Below, in pieces: positions 26,701-39,500 of a stretch of 64,000 nt of DNA. The DNA lies in the NCBI GenBank assembly GCA_030704615.1, contig CM060734.1, positions 59,024,001 through 59,088,000 on the forward strand. Reading direction: 5' to 3'. This stretch comes from Takakia lepidozioides (taxonomy: Eukaryota > Plantae > Bryophyta). The notes beneath the pieces are model-generated. The model saw only the letters and a program-made list of their open reading frames with translations, did no database searches and was not told the origin of the DNA. The position numbers and the translations under genes are program-made. How positions within the stretch are numbered: position 1 is the stretch's first letter; every line of letters starts with the position of its first letter.

Positions 26701-29472
26701 TGGAAGTAAGACCATCCTGTCAAACAGGCCAAGTCTTGGCAGAAAAGGGTAGAAGAGATTTTCCAGTATCTGAATATTAGTCTAGAAGAATTGACCCTAC
26801 TGGATGAAGCTGACCTGGAGGGGGTTGTGTCCAAAGCAATGCTGATGCCCAATGCGATGAAAATGAAACTAGGCATAGAATGTCCCTAAACTTGTTTCCA
26901 GTCTGTGACATGGGCAAGGACCTTACGGATGATCTGAAGGGCCTACCTACCCCCGGCACTAGACTGAAATTTTCCACTCAGGGTGGGGAGCCTATCTTTG
27001 AACAATAAACAGAAGCAGGGAGATTGTAATTGCCTGATGTGTGGTCAACCTGAAGACCATATTCATTTTCTGATACATTGTCCGGGGTATTCTCTCCAGA
27101 GAGTGACCCTCTTCAGTAACATCAATCAAGAACATGGTTCCTCCACCTATGGTCACCAACTTTCAAAATCTCAAGGCTGAGTACAGCCCTGGCCCCATTG
27201 GGGTCTAACTTTTGGGCACACTATTGAAGTGAGCCCCTCACAAAGGTAGTACCTATTCCGTATATTTCCGTCCAAACTGGGCGTGGGGTCTATGGCCACA
27301 AAGCTACAGCAAACAACAGTTTATGAGTACATTCTCTGTAATGGTGTTGTAAGATGGTGGGAAGAGTAAGAGCACAAGCCTGTTAATGTCAACTATCAAA
27401 CCTGTTCTGTGAAAGCCTCTCGCACACTGGGCGATGAACTCCTCCTTGACCCAGTTTTGTTATCAGCATCAGCATCATCAGCACCAGTATCCTCACCCCC
27501 ACGTACGTCCCCTGAGACATCACTGAGGTGTGTGTCTCCATCTGAGCGTAACTTCTTGCTATCCTTCCTGTTGAAGTCATCCTTTGTGAGACAGGACTTG
27601 CTTCGAGAACTTTCCAAGGCAATGGTGCACACTGTCTGAAATCCCCTGACTTTACAAAAGCATGCTGTTGTGACATCATTGGATGCCTTGCTTGAACAAA
27701 TTAGTTTGTGCTACAAAAGGTTAAGAGCGACATATCACATCGCTTACTTTTTACAAGGTGGAGAAGACCTTGGTGCTGAAAGTGACCGACTTTCCTTGCG
27801 CATAGCTGGTGGTGACCTTGACCGACTACGCTCTGGCCGCCATTACCCCACAAGCAAGTTAGCATACCATCAACCCCTGTCCTTCTCATAAACATCATCA
27901 GATTCTCAGTATAATCACAACAATGTTCAACAGATCAATATATGCACTACAATCAGAATCAGTTGCTAGGAATAGTAACCGAAACTTGGCACCAAATCAG
28001 CAATTGACCATTTCACACGGAAGTGCTTGAAACTTGGTCTACCTCTGTCATGCTGTGGTGATCTGCGATCATGATGTGACTCTCGCCCTCTTTCATCTCT
28101 GCCTGGAGATGGTCGCCGGTGACTTGGCGGGGAGCGCCGACGATCCACTCTCTCCCTCGAATTTTCAGCACTATACCGGCCTGCAAACAACAAACGCAGC
28201 CCTCAATGTGTCACCTCCACACAAGACACCTTAATCTAAGCTCTCTCAAAAAGTTCCAACCAAGTAGATGATGGTAAGACCTGATTTTCAAGAGTTGATG
28301 GAGACACATAAGCTTACCATTGGTAAGTCGGAGTACAGAAGCGATTTAAGGGAATGTGCACAAGAATGCCTCTTCTTGCTTTTAAAAGCCCATGTCCACC
28401 GGTTAATATATCTCCTTAATCCTCATAATGAACATGGTCACAGACCCTCTGTGTTGAAAAGAGTTACCACTGATATTACCACGAACAAAAGCCTTTATTG
28501 TTGATACCCTTAAAATCAGACAACGATTCACAAGTCCTTTGAAGAATTGAATACGCCTGGAAATTACAACTGGAAATAAAGCAATACTTGTGAAAAGTAT
28601 GTGCCCTCCATGCGGGAATAAATAACCAAAGCGCGATATTCCATCCCCTCAGAATAGGGGGTTCTATGCAGCACCATATCTGCAGAAGCAATCTGCAAGC
28701 AAGCATGCCTCCAGGAAAAATGAGCTCCCTGATCAAATGGACTCTACACCTGGCATACTCTGTTCGAAATACTTCTGCGCAGGGCCTGCATGTGGCAGCC
28801 ACTTCACCACTGAGTCACGCTGGCTTTGAAGATCACAGTGAGAAGTTAGGATGAATATAACCTTTCCAGATCAACCTGCTAGAACTCGAACCAGGACAGT
28901 GCCCTACAGACCTCCCTGCAATCTTGATGGAGGGCCACCCTCAAACAGATGTCTGGCCAACTGGGGGCCATATGCAAAGCTTCAAGAGTGTAATTTAACT
29001 TCAGACAATGAGTGGTAACCATAATCCACCACAAAACCACTTACAAAGGACATGTATACATTTGGACAGGCCATTCAAAGCTTGTCAATGTGGTTGAGGA
29101 AACGATCCTACCTGCTAAGGAGAAATCAGTTTTGAGTTTGAATGGGAGAGGTAGAACCACTTTCAAAGTGGAACGTAAGACTTCAAATGCCAACGTATCT
29201 TTTTGCTGCAATTAGAAGCATTTTGAGCTGCATACCGGTTGTCACCTTGAATGATTGCACGTCACCCAAAAACTGTAAAATGATGTTTACCGCCATGGTG
29301 GTCTGTTGACCAAATATGGGAGGGGAGGGAGGTCAAGGACAGAATGCTCACCAGGATGCTTGCGGAGCTCAGTTTCTCCATGAGCAAAAGAGCAACTCTG
29401 ACGAGGACAATACCCTCGTTGCAAGTACAGTGTGCACAGTTTTGTCTTGTACAGATCCCGTGTGAATGCCAT
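23719..29472 (-). CDS. CCCH zinc-finger protein with Arg/Ser-rich and coiled-coil regions (AtC3H40/OsC3H13-like), multi-exon
   Basis: First exon MAFTRDLYKTKLCTLYLQRGYCPRQSCSFAHGETELR (Cx8Cx5Cx3H); later exons DRRRSPPSHRRPSP (~28010-28180), DSKKLRSDG...VSG (~27400-27650), ELSEKIAMLESDL (~25585-25680), LASKTKKLVKGYTRFFRAQEELKK (~25205-25278), AQAKLVRL (~24870-25012), ~24260-24585; last exon ends EPLPD* at 23719. Internal exon limits approximate. Confidence 0.85.
26690..27300 (+). mobile_element. Decayed non-LTR retrotransposon 3' fragment inside a CCCH-gene intron (antisense)
   Basis: CLMCGQPEDHIHFLIHCPGYSLQR matches the LINE ORF2 C-terminal CxxC...EDxxHFLxxCPxYxxxR zinc-binding motif; flanks are decayed and boundaries approximate. 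Confidence 0.6.
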
Positions 29473-31927
29473 TCTTCCAATACTTCCAGTCCCTATGTCT
29501 CTTCACACACCCTGGTAATTTGGCCTCAAAAGCGATATTTGTAGAGAAACATAGAGTGTCTTGACTCTTCGACTGATCAGCCTTGCCGCAACTAATGCTC
29601 AGCTCCTATCGCGAAGCATATGAATGACTCTTCTCTCCCTTCTGTGAGGACATAATATACATCAACCTAAACGCCAATGTCTGGTAGCAATAGCATCCCA
29701 AAATGCCAGGAATCATGATCTGTCGACAACCTGGTATTGTCTGGGTTCATCACGCCTGCCACCTACACAAAAATGTGAACATTTGCACCAGACTGTAATT
29801 GACCCTAACTGACATCAACTTGAAAACCACCCTCTCCTCGTATTTTGTGCAATTGTCTATCTGTCTTCCTGTCTCAGTCTCTCCATCCCTTTCTCTGAAC
29901 TCCTTTCCAGGTGGCCAGTAATTCAACCGTTCAGTGCATTGCAAGGCTAAAGATTCCCTCCCAAGTCTTGAATATCCACAGACACTTCCCGCGTGCAATA
30001 CAACTTCGACTGTAAAAATGTACCATCCAGTACTTATGACATATATGATCCACTTAATCCGCTATGTAATCTGCACTCGAAGCCATCATCGCTCTGCTTG
30101 CGGTAACTAAAACTTTCCGAATGCCCGACAAAATTCAGTCAAAACGTATTTCTACCAGGGTCAAAGAAACTTCGAGTTATCCTCTCACCCTCCGCTACCC
30201 GCAGAGAATCAAAGCAAGTGAACAAGAAATTAACATCAGGCAGACGGCGGACGGATCTCTCTATTCAAACACTAAAACCCCCTTAAATCTGTCTGTAGAA
30301 ACAAACAAAGGAAGAAAGCTCATGAAATTTCAACAACGAAAAAAGCAAGTGTGAAATCGACAACACACCACAACTCAACCGCTGCCTCACCTCGGATCAA
30401 TCCAAGGAGCGCAGCGATGTTGGCAGCAGCAGCTGTGCCTCTCGAGAGCGCGCGCGGGTCGGTTGCACACATCACACGCCTGCCCTTTGTTCCATCCTTT
30501 CGTCACCTGGATCACCACCTCAGTCGCCACATTCACCTGGCAATAGCCACATTTAGCCACTCTATAGCCATGCCACGCCCATACTTGAGGGAGACGATCG
30601 TTTTGTTTCTTTCGCAAGAAAGAAAGAAGAATCTTCCCACGCCTACTCTCCTTCTGAAGGATCTGAACTGCGATCCAGGGCAAGAGACAATTGCACTACC
30701 TTCTGAATGTGGAGAAAAACAATTCAGCTTCAAGGATCATGTAGAGATTCCGAGGTGAGAATTTGAGGCCTAACAAACTCGGGGGCTCACGTCTGTAATG
30801 CTCACAGTCTCCGGATGGGTTCCTCCATCCTTTGCAGTCATGGTGAGATCAGGGTAGCATACTAAAGCTATTGCAGTGCCGAGAGATGCAGTGCCATACA
30901 ATTGGGAGTATCTATTTTTCATCTACTCTCTACATACTAAACAGAGTGTTGATGATGCATTGTTAACAGTTACACGTACAGGCCCAGGACTCGGATATGC
31001 GGTGGGAGATAAGAGTACTAACTGAAATCTGTATCTTGATACAAGATTGAGAAAATTGGGGAGGGAGCCTGAGTGTATGGACATGGAATCGGTTACTCTG
31101 CTGAGTTTCTTAGTGCTTCCCACTTATCACCTAGCTGTTGCGGCATACAATTTTCTTGAACATGCAGTCGGGGATGTAGGTGAGGGTCTGCAATAGGCCA
31201 AAGTTAGTTGGATGGGGTTGTGGTGACAACATCCGATCTTCGCACTCAACTGGGACTGCTTCTGACCACAAAACTCCACAAAATTGCCCAGAGACTGAAA
31301 TGTGGGGGTGCTTGTCTGGAAGCTCCACCGCAGCAACTGTCTGCGAACATCCTGTGTATGGGCCGGATTTCCATCGCTGTGCTTCTTTTTTTGGTTTGTA
31401 CCGCATGAGATGAGTGATTCAAAGGACACACAACTGACGTTGTGGTGCATATGCTCCTCCACTTGACCCAACATTCTCCGTACAGCATGTGGCATACTGG
31501 AAAGTCCATAACTTGATAAGTACTTTCGCCATGTTATGATGGTTCTCCACTTTCATTCAACCAGCTACAATATGTGAAGCAGGAAAAGACGAAATTCTAA
31601 GCAAAATAGCAAGGATCCCTGTGTAGGGTACTCCAGGGATGGAAGAGGTGAGACTACTCCATCAACCGCATGGGAGGCGGACCCCTACATTCTTGACTTC
31701 TCCCGGAGAGAGAGAGGCTTACGGTGGTGATTGGGGAACACCGAGCGTGCGCAAAGGAGGCTAGCACCAGGCCTTCACGATTGGCCCCATGAGAATTGTT
31801 AGTCTTCTTATGACGCGACCTTTATTTGAAGCATGCGATCATACTAACCATTAATGTCCCGAGACGTTCCCTTTTTCAGCCGTTGCCTGGTTGGAATAGT
31901 ATTTTCTGTTGCCTGTGCTTGGAGCAG

Positions 31928-33340
31928 AGCTCGGAAGAAATTGTTACGCCTGCCAGGGGCCCCGAAAGAACTCATCTATGCGGCCTTCGGTGCTCGGCAT
32001 GTGCTGGGCATGCCACACTATGAAGTCCAAGGGCGGGTTGGTGCTCACCTTGGTTAAAAAAGGTATATGGAATGGAAGACAGTCAGACTATCGGTGTAAA
32101 GAATGCTCGAATAAATGGAAAGGTTTTGTACCATGTTCCTTCAGTTGGGTATTTAGTTAGGGTTTAGTTCACATGTCTGGGGACTGATATGACTTTTAGC
32201 TTCAGGACATCTGAACAGTCACCTGCTCTCAGGTTCGTTTTACACTTTGTCCGCTAGGAGTGAGGAAACTGTAATGCTGTGAAAAGAGTATCCTCATGTC
32301 AAGGCATTTCCAACGAAAAGACAAAAGTATTCCTCGTCGTCCTCTCAGGTTCTGTCTATAGCGAGATGCATATTACAGTGTGTTATCATATTGCAGAGCT
32401 GAATGAGAGGTGTTATATCAGGTCCATGGGGAAGACCTCAGGTGAATCTTGTGTGTGGAGTTCACCTACAATTGTGAACTTCGAGATGGCACGAGAATGC
32501 ATGTGTAAGCCGTTTCTCGTTTCACCATCCAGCAATTGGACTGCCCACAACTCTACTGATTTGCGAACCTTCCGCAGAAAGCAAATGGCAGCTTACATGG
32601 AATTTGACTGTCAGGTTGAACCCCTTTCTTTGTTGTTGTACTGTGGGTAGGGTGTTTCCAGAGTTGCTGCCTCTTGCGAGACTATAAGATCGTATTAAGT
32701 GAGTGATATTGTCGAAATCCTTCGTGGAAAAATTTGTTAATTGTTTCAGTTGATGGATGTGAGTTCCTGAAATATGAGATCACATTGCTGAGGCTACTGA
32801 GATCTGTGCTGATCGTAAACCTGGTAAGATTCTATCTTGGTAGAGTGCAAAACATAATTCTCAAGTGTTGAGAGCATGCTGTCCAAGACACCCATGCATG
32901 TTAAATACTGTGGACATCAATGTTTGTGGAGTCTTGAAATCTGTGTTTGTAGCCTGATGCAGGTTAAGTTGATTGAAAAGCGTCCACATCAGGAAGCCCG
33001 GTTTGTGCGATTTGGCCACAAAATTTGCAGAAGGACGCGACGGGGCTGTGGTCATAAGGTTGACCAAATGGAGAGATCTACAAACGTGCTTGATGAACCG
33101 AAGGATACAAGGCTGGTGGATGTGGTTGATGTAATTACAAAAAATCTCACAGGAGTCTTGTCTGACCAAGCAAAGATGAATGCAGAAGCGTGTGGTGGTC
33201 TGCATGGCTTGGTTAGGGATGTGGTGTCTGCTATCCGTGAACTGGGAGCTGCCACTGTTCAAGGGGCACAGCTGCAATCAACAATGATGAGAGGCTGGAT
33301 GCATTCCAATGTGCAGGGTACAGAGGTACTCTGCCTATGA
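31928..33340 (+). CDS. Putative orphan Cys-rich/zinc-ribbon protein (exons 31928-32122, 32397-32614, 32963-33340; 5' exon not defined)
   Basis: Three open segments joined by phase-compatible GT-AG introns (phase 1, phase 0); CYAC, CWAC and YRCKEC pairs; helical C-terminal region. No family recognised. Confidence 0.4.
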
Positions 33341-33527
33341 AGGAGTTATAATGAAAAATGCCTTGTTGTGCATTGGAAATATTGGCTTGCCAGAGCCTCA
33401 TGTTGGCTTTGATCACCCACTGATAGGAAGATTTCAATGTCAATAGGAGCTCACTATGATGTTTGAAGATTGTGTAGGTTGATACAGCAAGGAATTACTG
33501 AGTTTGATTTTGCAGAGCTCAGACAAA

Positions 33528-33545
33528 TCTCTCTCTCTCTCTCTC
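33528..33545 (+). repeat. (CT)n microsatellite
   Basis: tctctctctctctctctc run. Confidence 0.8.
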
Positions 33546-34681
33546 ACACAGCAGTACAATGCTGGACGAGAATAAATTAGAGAGAAAGACAAGGGAAGAG
33601 AGAGAGAAGAAAAGAAGTTTATTACATCCACAGGAGGCTATAGGTCCCATGGGAGATGGTACAGCAGCAAGAAAACCCTGAAGAAGCATACCACAAGGGC
33701 AAGACTTCATTTTAATCTTATGTTCAGTGATCTAGGGTGTTTTGTTTTGGTTGTTTTTAATTCTATATTTTCTTTCAGAATCTCTTTTTGTCCTATTGGC
33801 CCTTTCAAGTGGACATTTGTTGGTTCTTTTCTTTCCTCTCTCTGAGAAAGATAGTGGAGGTGATTGAGGTGAAAAGTAGTAAGGACGCAGAGGAAATGCT
33901 GTGAAAAGTGAATGGGGAAAAAATCCACTCTTAAGCATCTTTCAGAGCCTTAAGAAGAAAGGACTAGCTAAATGGCCTTCTCGTGGTGGGCACTAGGCTG
34001 AAGGTACAAGTATACTGTGCCAACCTCTGTACACTAGGTTAAGTGAGCTAAGAAAGGGAACCAACCTGTCTGATCTATGCACATGTTGGTGAGGATAGCA
34101 ACATATTTTGATGTGTTTTGATTGGAATGAGATGCCCCTACATACAGTCACTACACCTTGTTTTTCTTGTTCAAGGAGCTGAAGCCAATAAAAACTGTAG
34201 CAATCCTTGGGTCTGCATTCTTGGGTGAACACTGGGCCTTCATCTTCGAAGGTAAGTCCCATGAATGGAGCGAGCCTTCCACAAGCGAAGGCCTGGGAGG
34301 CAGGCAGGGAGCAGACATGAAAGTGGTGTAGCCATGGTTCACTATTTTTACAGCTAAGTAAGGATCAACTGACATATTAAGGCAATGACAGCACCTACTG
34401 CACGAAGAGCTAGGGCAATGACAGCTCTAGCTACTTCCCCCAAGTTTCCATTGTCATATCTTCAGTTTTTCTACTATCAATAAGTTTGATAGTTGGGACT
34501 GTCAGAGCAAGCAACGGCTTGCTGCAGCTGTAGCCGCTGGCTGATCTTTTTTCTTAAAGTGGTTGGAGTAGGATTACCGGATCTTTTTTGGAGTTTTGAG
34601 TCTTACCTATTTTGTTCCTCACATGCAGCCCTGTCGCTTCTAACGGAGTTTTCATTACCTTGTTTCCCTCTACAGGCAGTA

Positions 34682-34978
34682 ATGAATGGAGGAGAAGGGG
34701 AGATTTCGATGGACGAGCGAATGCGAAACCACCGCTGCCCAACGAAGATCTTGGCAATGCAAGACTGTTACAAAAAGTATCCCAGGGAGCCAGAGCGAGG
34801 CATGTTATGCAAACGTCTCAGCCAGGCGGCCGCTATGTGCCTGTTGTCGTTGCTATGTCCAAGTGAATTCGAGGATGTCCAAAGCTTTTGTAGTAGCGCG
34901 GGCACGGCTACCAAGAGGAAACAGTGCAAGGATGCACAAACTCGCCTTGATATCTGTATCTCAGCTCATCAACACTAA
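34682..34978 (+). CDS. Small multi-Cx9C protein, probable mitochondrial intermembrane-space CHCH-type protein (98 aa)
   Basis: CPTKILAMQDC (Cx9C), CKRLSQAAAMC (Cx9C), CPSEFEDVQSFC (Cx10C), CKDAQTRLDIC (Cx9C); SSAGTATKRKQC resembles a conserved small plant protein; AG acceptor just before the ATG suggests a 5' UTR intron. Confidence 0.75.
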   Translation: MNGGEGEISMDERMRNHRCPTKILAMQDCYKKYPREPERGMLCKRLSQAAAMCLLSLLCPSEFEDVQSFCSSAGTATKRKQCKDAQTRLDICISAHQH

Positions 34979-35649
34979 TGTTCTGATGTATCTCCTGTGT
35001 CCTCATAAAACAATTAGATCAAGTTCGAGCTCATTATGCACAGTGATGATTTTGCGAGTCGTAGGGTTTTGCAGGTCTTTATCCACGTCGTGTTCTTCTT
35101 GCTCTCACTGTCACAATTGGTCATAAGTTGGTTTTAGGCTGCATGGGGGTTGCTTTGATTGTAAATCGTGGATACCCATCGATGTAAGTGACGAGTTGTG
35201 CCTGCGTCCTCAGGGGCATCATTCGGTTATAGTGCTTGTCATGGCGACACAGTCGATGACCATGTGGTCTGGAGGTGATGCATGTCCGTGGATGTGAGGT
35301 CAAAGACATTCACTGGTCTCCAACTAATATCACTCATTAGCGAAAATGGAGCTTGGATTGCTTGGCGGCCTCCTTGACGTGTTTCCAGTTTATGTCCCCG
35401 GCAAATTCCGGCGATGCGGTAGATTGCGGTATTGACGTTACTCCAGCTGGGCGGTGGCTGTGGCTGTGGCTGCTTGTTCCATCGTGGGAGTAGCTGCCTG
35501 TAGATGATACCTTGATGTGCCAAGGTAGTGGTGAAGAAGAGTGCAGTTGCCCTGCATTCCGAGGATTCCTTTGAATGTCAGCACATAGCTTAATCCAGGC
35601 TTTCCTTGATTTAGTTTGTTTGCAAGTCATAGTAGATAGCCGAAAGGAG

Positions 35650-36530
35650 TGATGATATGGAGCAAGTGGTTCCAGAGAAAATCTTTTTACATCTGGCTTT
35701 CCAGAGGTGCCAGTTGCACTGAGTGTGTCAAACACTGGGCAATCACTTGCTCCTTGCTTAGTGGTTCTATCATAGTTTAACATTGTGCAGAGCGGGCACA
35801 TAGCGTGACCATTCCAACGGCTGTAGAAAGCACGTTGTGTGGCCATATTGCAGCAGGGGCATGACGGTGTAGGAGACAGTGTTCCTGGGATTCCATGATT
35901 GCTGCAGAGCAGCATTTACATAGAAGGGCTTCATTAAGCACTCCAGCCATTCTCCAACCTTGAGAACCCTATTTGCAATTTGCCAATGGCCAAGTTGGCA
36001 GGTCTGGTCTTGGCCCAGATGCCTTTCCATATAGTGTACCACCGTTCGCTCTGAAAATCGAAGTGACTCCATTTTTCGTTCCATTTAGCTAGGAGGGGTG
36101 GGGACTGCGAAAGGGCTACTTGGTGTTGTAAGTGAAGAAGGGGGTGGGGGTGCGTGCGAGCTTCCATGACCATTCTCCTGGATCAAAATCAGCCTCCAGT
36201 AATGGTCTTCCAAGGATCCATATAAAGCGATGGGAAGCAAGCCAGGGATACAGAGGTTGGTTTAGCGGAGGCTAAGGATTGATGTCTTTGGTTGGCGAAG
36301 TCCAGCAGCATATATTCTGTGATGCATCTATGTGTCTCGATGGTGATCTAGGCCCTTTGCCATGAGGGTAATCTGGTAATTACTACGTAATTAATAGCAA
36401 GATCCGCATTACTCAATTCCGAGTAGGAAGAGCCGTATGTACTCTGCAGAGAGTAGGAAGGTTCGTGACTTCAATGACATCGTTGTGTGTGCATAATGGG
36501 GTACTTGAGGGTTTTAATCTTTTTCCCTCT
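35650..36530 (-). mobile_element. Decayed L1 ORF2 C-terminal (zf-RVT) fragment, opposite strand to the adjacent L1
   Basis: PLLEADFDPGEWSWK..PFFTYNTK and LAKWNEKW..WYTIWKGIWAK..WQIANRVL..CPCC parallel the + strand L1 segment at ~42010-42330 (PLAALQLDLG..FSYSAKKGY, LSKWIEKW..LWKLAHRVL). Boundaries approximate. Confidence 0.6.
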
Positions 36531-39500
36531 AATAATTCCAAATAAAGTTTATCAGGGCCACTGTCCCATGTTTCATCAGTAAGAAGATGGATTGTACAAC
36601 ACTTAGCTGCTGGCGGAGGGCTGGCTCAGCACTCTCGCCTTTCGATGGGAAGGGGATTCTACTTGGCCCTTTTCTGCTCGCCAGAGGAAGCCGAAGCTGC
36701 ACTGAGATGCAACTGTCAAATGTCTGCAACAAAGGTCTTCTTATTTCCTTGGTCGCACGACTGGGGTCACAGGCAAGGAATTTTGTGGAGACCAAGGGTG
36801 ATAGTAATCCCTTACCTCCCTGCCACTTACCTAACATCGCTCCCAGAAATTGGTGCCAGTTTTGGCACCTTTATTGGTTCCCTGAATGTCTTCGAACCAG
36901 TCCAAGACAACATCAAGAGTGTCGACAACGAGGCGATTCATGTTGACCTTGCAAAAGATGTCGGAGTGCCAAAGATTGTAGTCCTCATGCCGGAGTCCAA
37001 ATCGATTGGGTCTTCAATCAAGCTCTCCCCACCTTGGATAATTCCTACATCGTTGTCTCAATCAAGGTGGAGCTCATCTCCACGATTTGCTTTTTGTGCA
37101 ACGGAGAGGGTCACATTTGGGCCAACTGCCCGAAGCTGCGCAAAAACAGGCTTTCGGAAGTTTCCAAGCAGCCTGCTATACCAAATGACAAGACAGGCTC
37201 CTCAATGAGAACGTCATCGCCAGGTGCCATGGTGGGAGACAACCAGCAAGTAAACTCGGAGTTGTTACACAGGGGCCAGACTGCCCAAAAAAGGAAGCGT
37301 GAAGGGAACGGGAAGATTGCAATCCATCCCAAACCGCCCATACGATCTGGCCCCGGTCAGAATCTCGGAAGCATGGGCTTCCTTCCCATTCTCAGAACAA
37401 GAGTTGAATCTTTTGGAGAGCAACAGCCTCGCCACTGCATTTGTGGAGCTGCATTCATTCTCAAGGAGGCCTCTAGCAGGGTGGGCTCCCGGGACTGCCT
37501 ATGCCACAGACAGGGCAGCAGTCTGTGTAACACCCCTCGTTTACAAATTCTTTGACGACTACACAAACTTTTTTGTCCCTAACAATGGAGAAGGCTTCCG
37601 CTCTGCATGGGTCACTGAAGCCTTGGCTGCAGATATGTTTGGTGGACCAGCATCAGACTTCGCTCTCCACTTGACAAACCAAGTGCTTAGGGAGTTCTTC
37701 CCCCCCATATCCATCTCTCAAACTCGCATGCAGCACATAAGCATTATGGTTGAGAATAATGCTGCTCTTGTCAATTTGGCAGTCATCCACGTGTTACCCA
37801 TTTTCAAATTTGAAGACTTGGTTGCCACTGACTACCCTATCTTTGGAATTTGGGTGGACAAGTTTGGCCTTTCTTGCAAGGTTGTTGATCCCAATGCATG
37901 GGCTCGCAGCTCTCTCATCATGGAAGAAGAGCTGAAAAATGGCTGAACTTTCTAGCATGCAGAAGCAGAAAGCCCCGGCTATTGTGGACTCAATCAACAC
38001 TGAGGACAAAGAGCCCAGCAAGGAGATGGTGCTCTACAATCAAGACCACATGCTGCTCTCTTCCAATGAGGCCCACAAACACACAAACTTTGGTCCAGCC
38101 AGAGGAGACAGTGGACTCACCACCGGCGGTAAGCATAACTGCTCATGCTTACTCTCCACTCATCTTCTTTTTTCCTGATGCTTTCACTATCAATTGTGGT
38201 TGGTCATTAGTCCTCGATCACCATTCTCTGGAACACAAAGTCCTGCCAGGCTGGTTGGAAAGATCCATTTCCATTTTCTCTGAAAAGGCTGCTTGCTTCC
38301 TGTCCTCTATTCTTGCTTGGGAGCTTCCTGTGGAGAAGCTGTTTATGCTGATTGATAACAAAAATCAATTCTTAGAACTAGACTCTTTGAGTAAAAGAAA
38401 GAGATCTAGGCAGATTTTTGTTTGGAAGCTACCTTTGATCCTCCCTCCACCCGAGGGCTTTAAATGGATCAACACATTGCAGCCCTTTTATAAGAGAACC
38501 AAGTTCCGCTTTGCTCCCACCTGGCCATCAAATCGCCATGACATGGCGGGCCATATCAGTGCGGTTACATGAACTTCACAATTTTTAGCTGGAACATTAG
38601 AGGTATAGGCTCTGATCACTCGGCTCCAAAAAGGGCGAGGATCAGACACTGGGCCTCAAATCTTCTCAATCGCTCCTCCGTCGTCTTTCTCCAAGAACAT
38701 AAGCTTGACCCTGCTAAAATAACCTCTCTAGGGAGTTCTATCTGGCCCTCTATCTCCGCTTACTGGAACCCTACGGTTGCTGACTCAAGAGGGGGAACTG
38801 CTATTTTCGTCTCTCATTCCTTAAGGCCAAGTGTCCTGTCAAACGACATATGGGTTCAGGGCCGTGTACAATCTATCATCATGGACCTGGGCCCATCTAT
38901 CAGGAAGGTAGGGCTGCTAAATATCTATGCTCCGTGTTGATCTATGGTCCTCGGTGAGGCTCAAAACTATGCAGTTGACTGACATTCAACATTGGGTTGT
39001 TGGAGATAACTTTAATATGGTTGAGACAGATGAGGATAGAGCAGGTCCTAATGATCACAGCCTTTCAGCCATTGAAAGAGACTCATGGGATTCCTTTTGC
39101 TTGGCCATTGGTCTATTGGACGCCTCCCCCCCACAAAGGGATGAGCTCAAATATACCTGGTCTAACAATAGGCAGCCTCCCAACCTTGCGCTGGCTCGCC
39201 TAGACAGGTTTTACTGCTCTGCCCACCTGTTGAACTGGTCAGTCAGATCTTCTATTGTCCCTATCGCCCCAGGTTTTGATTACTCTCTTGTCCAGATATC
39301 CCTTCACACCCCAGGTTCTAGAGTGAGAGGTAGAAGCTTCTTTAAGCTTAACCCTGCTCTTCTCTCTGCCCAGAGGTCGTGACCACTCTTCAAAGGGCCT
39401 GGTCCTCTGCTGACCTCCCCTTCTCCTCTCCCACTCTCCTTTTTCTCTCCTGGAACTCCAAATTCTAAGGAACATCTGCATAGACCTCTCCAAGAAAATG

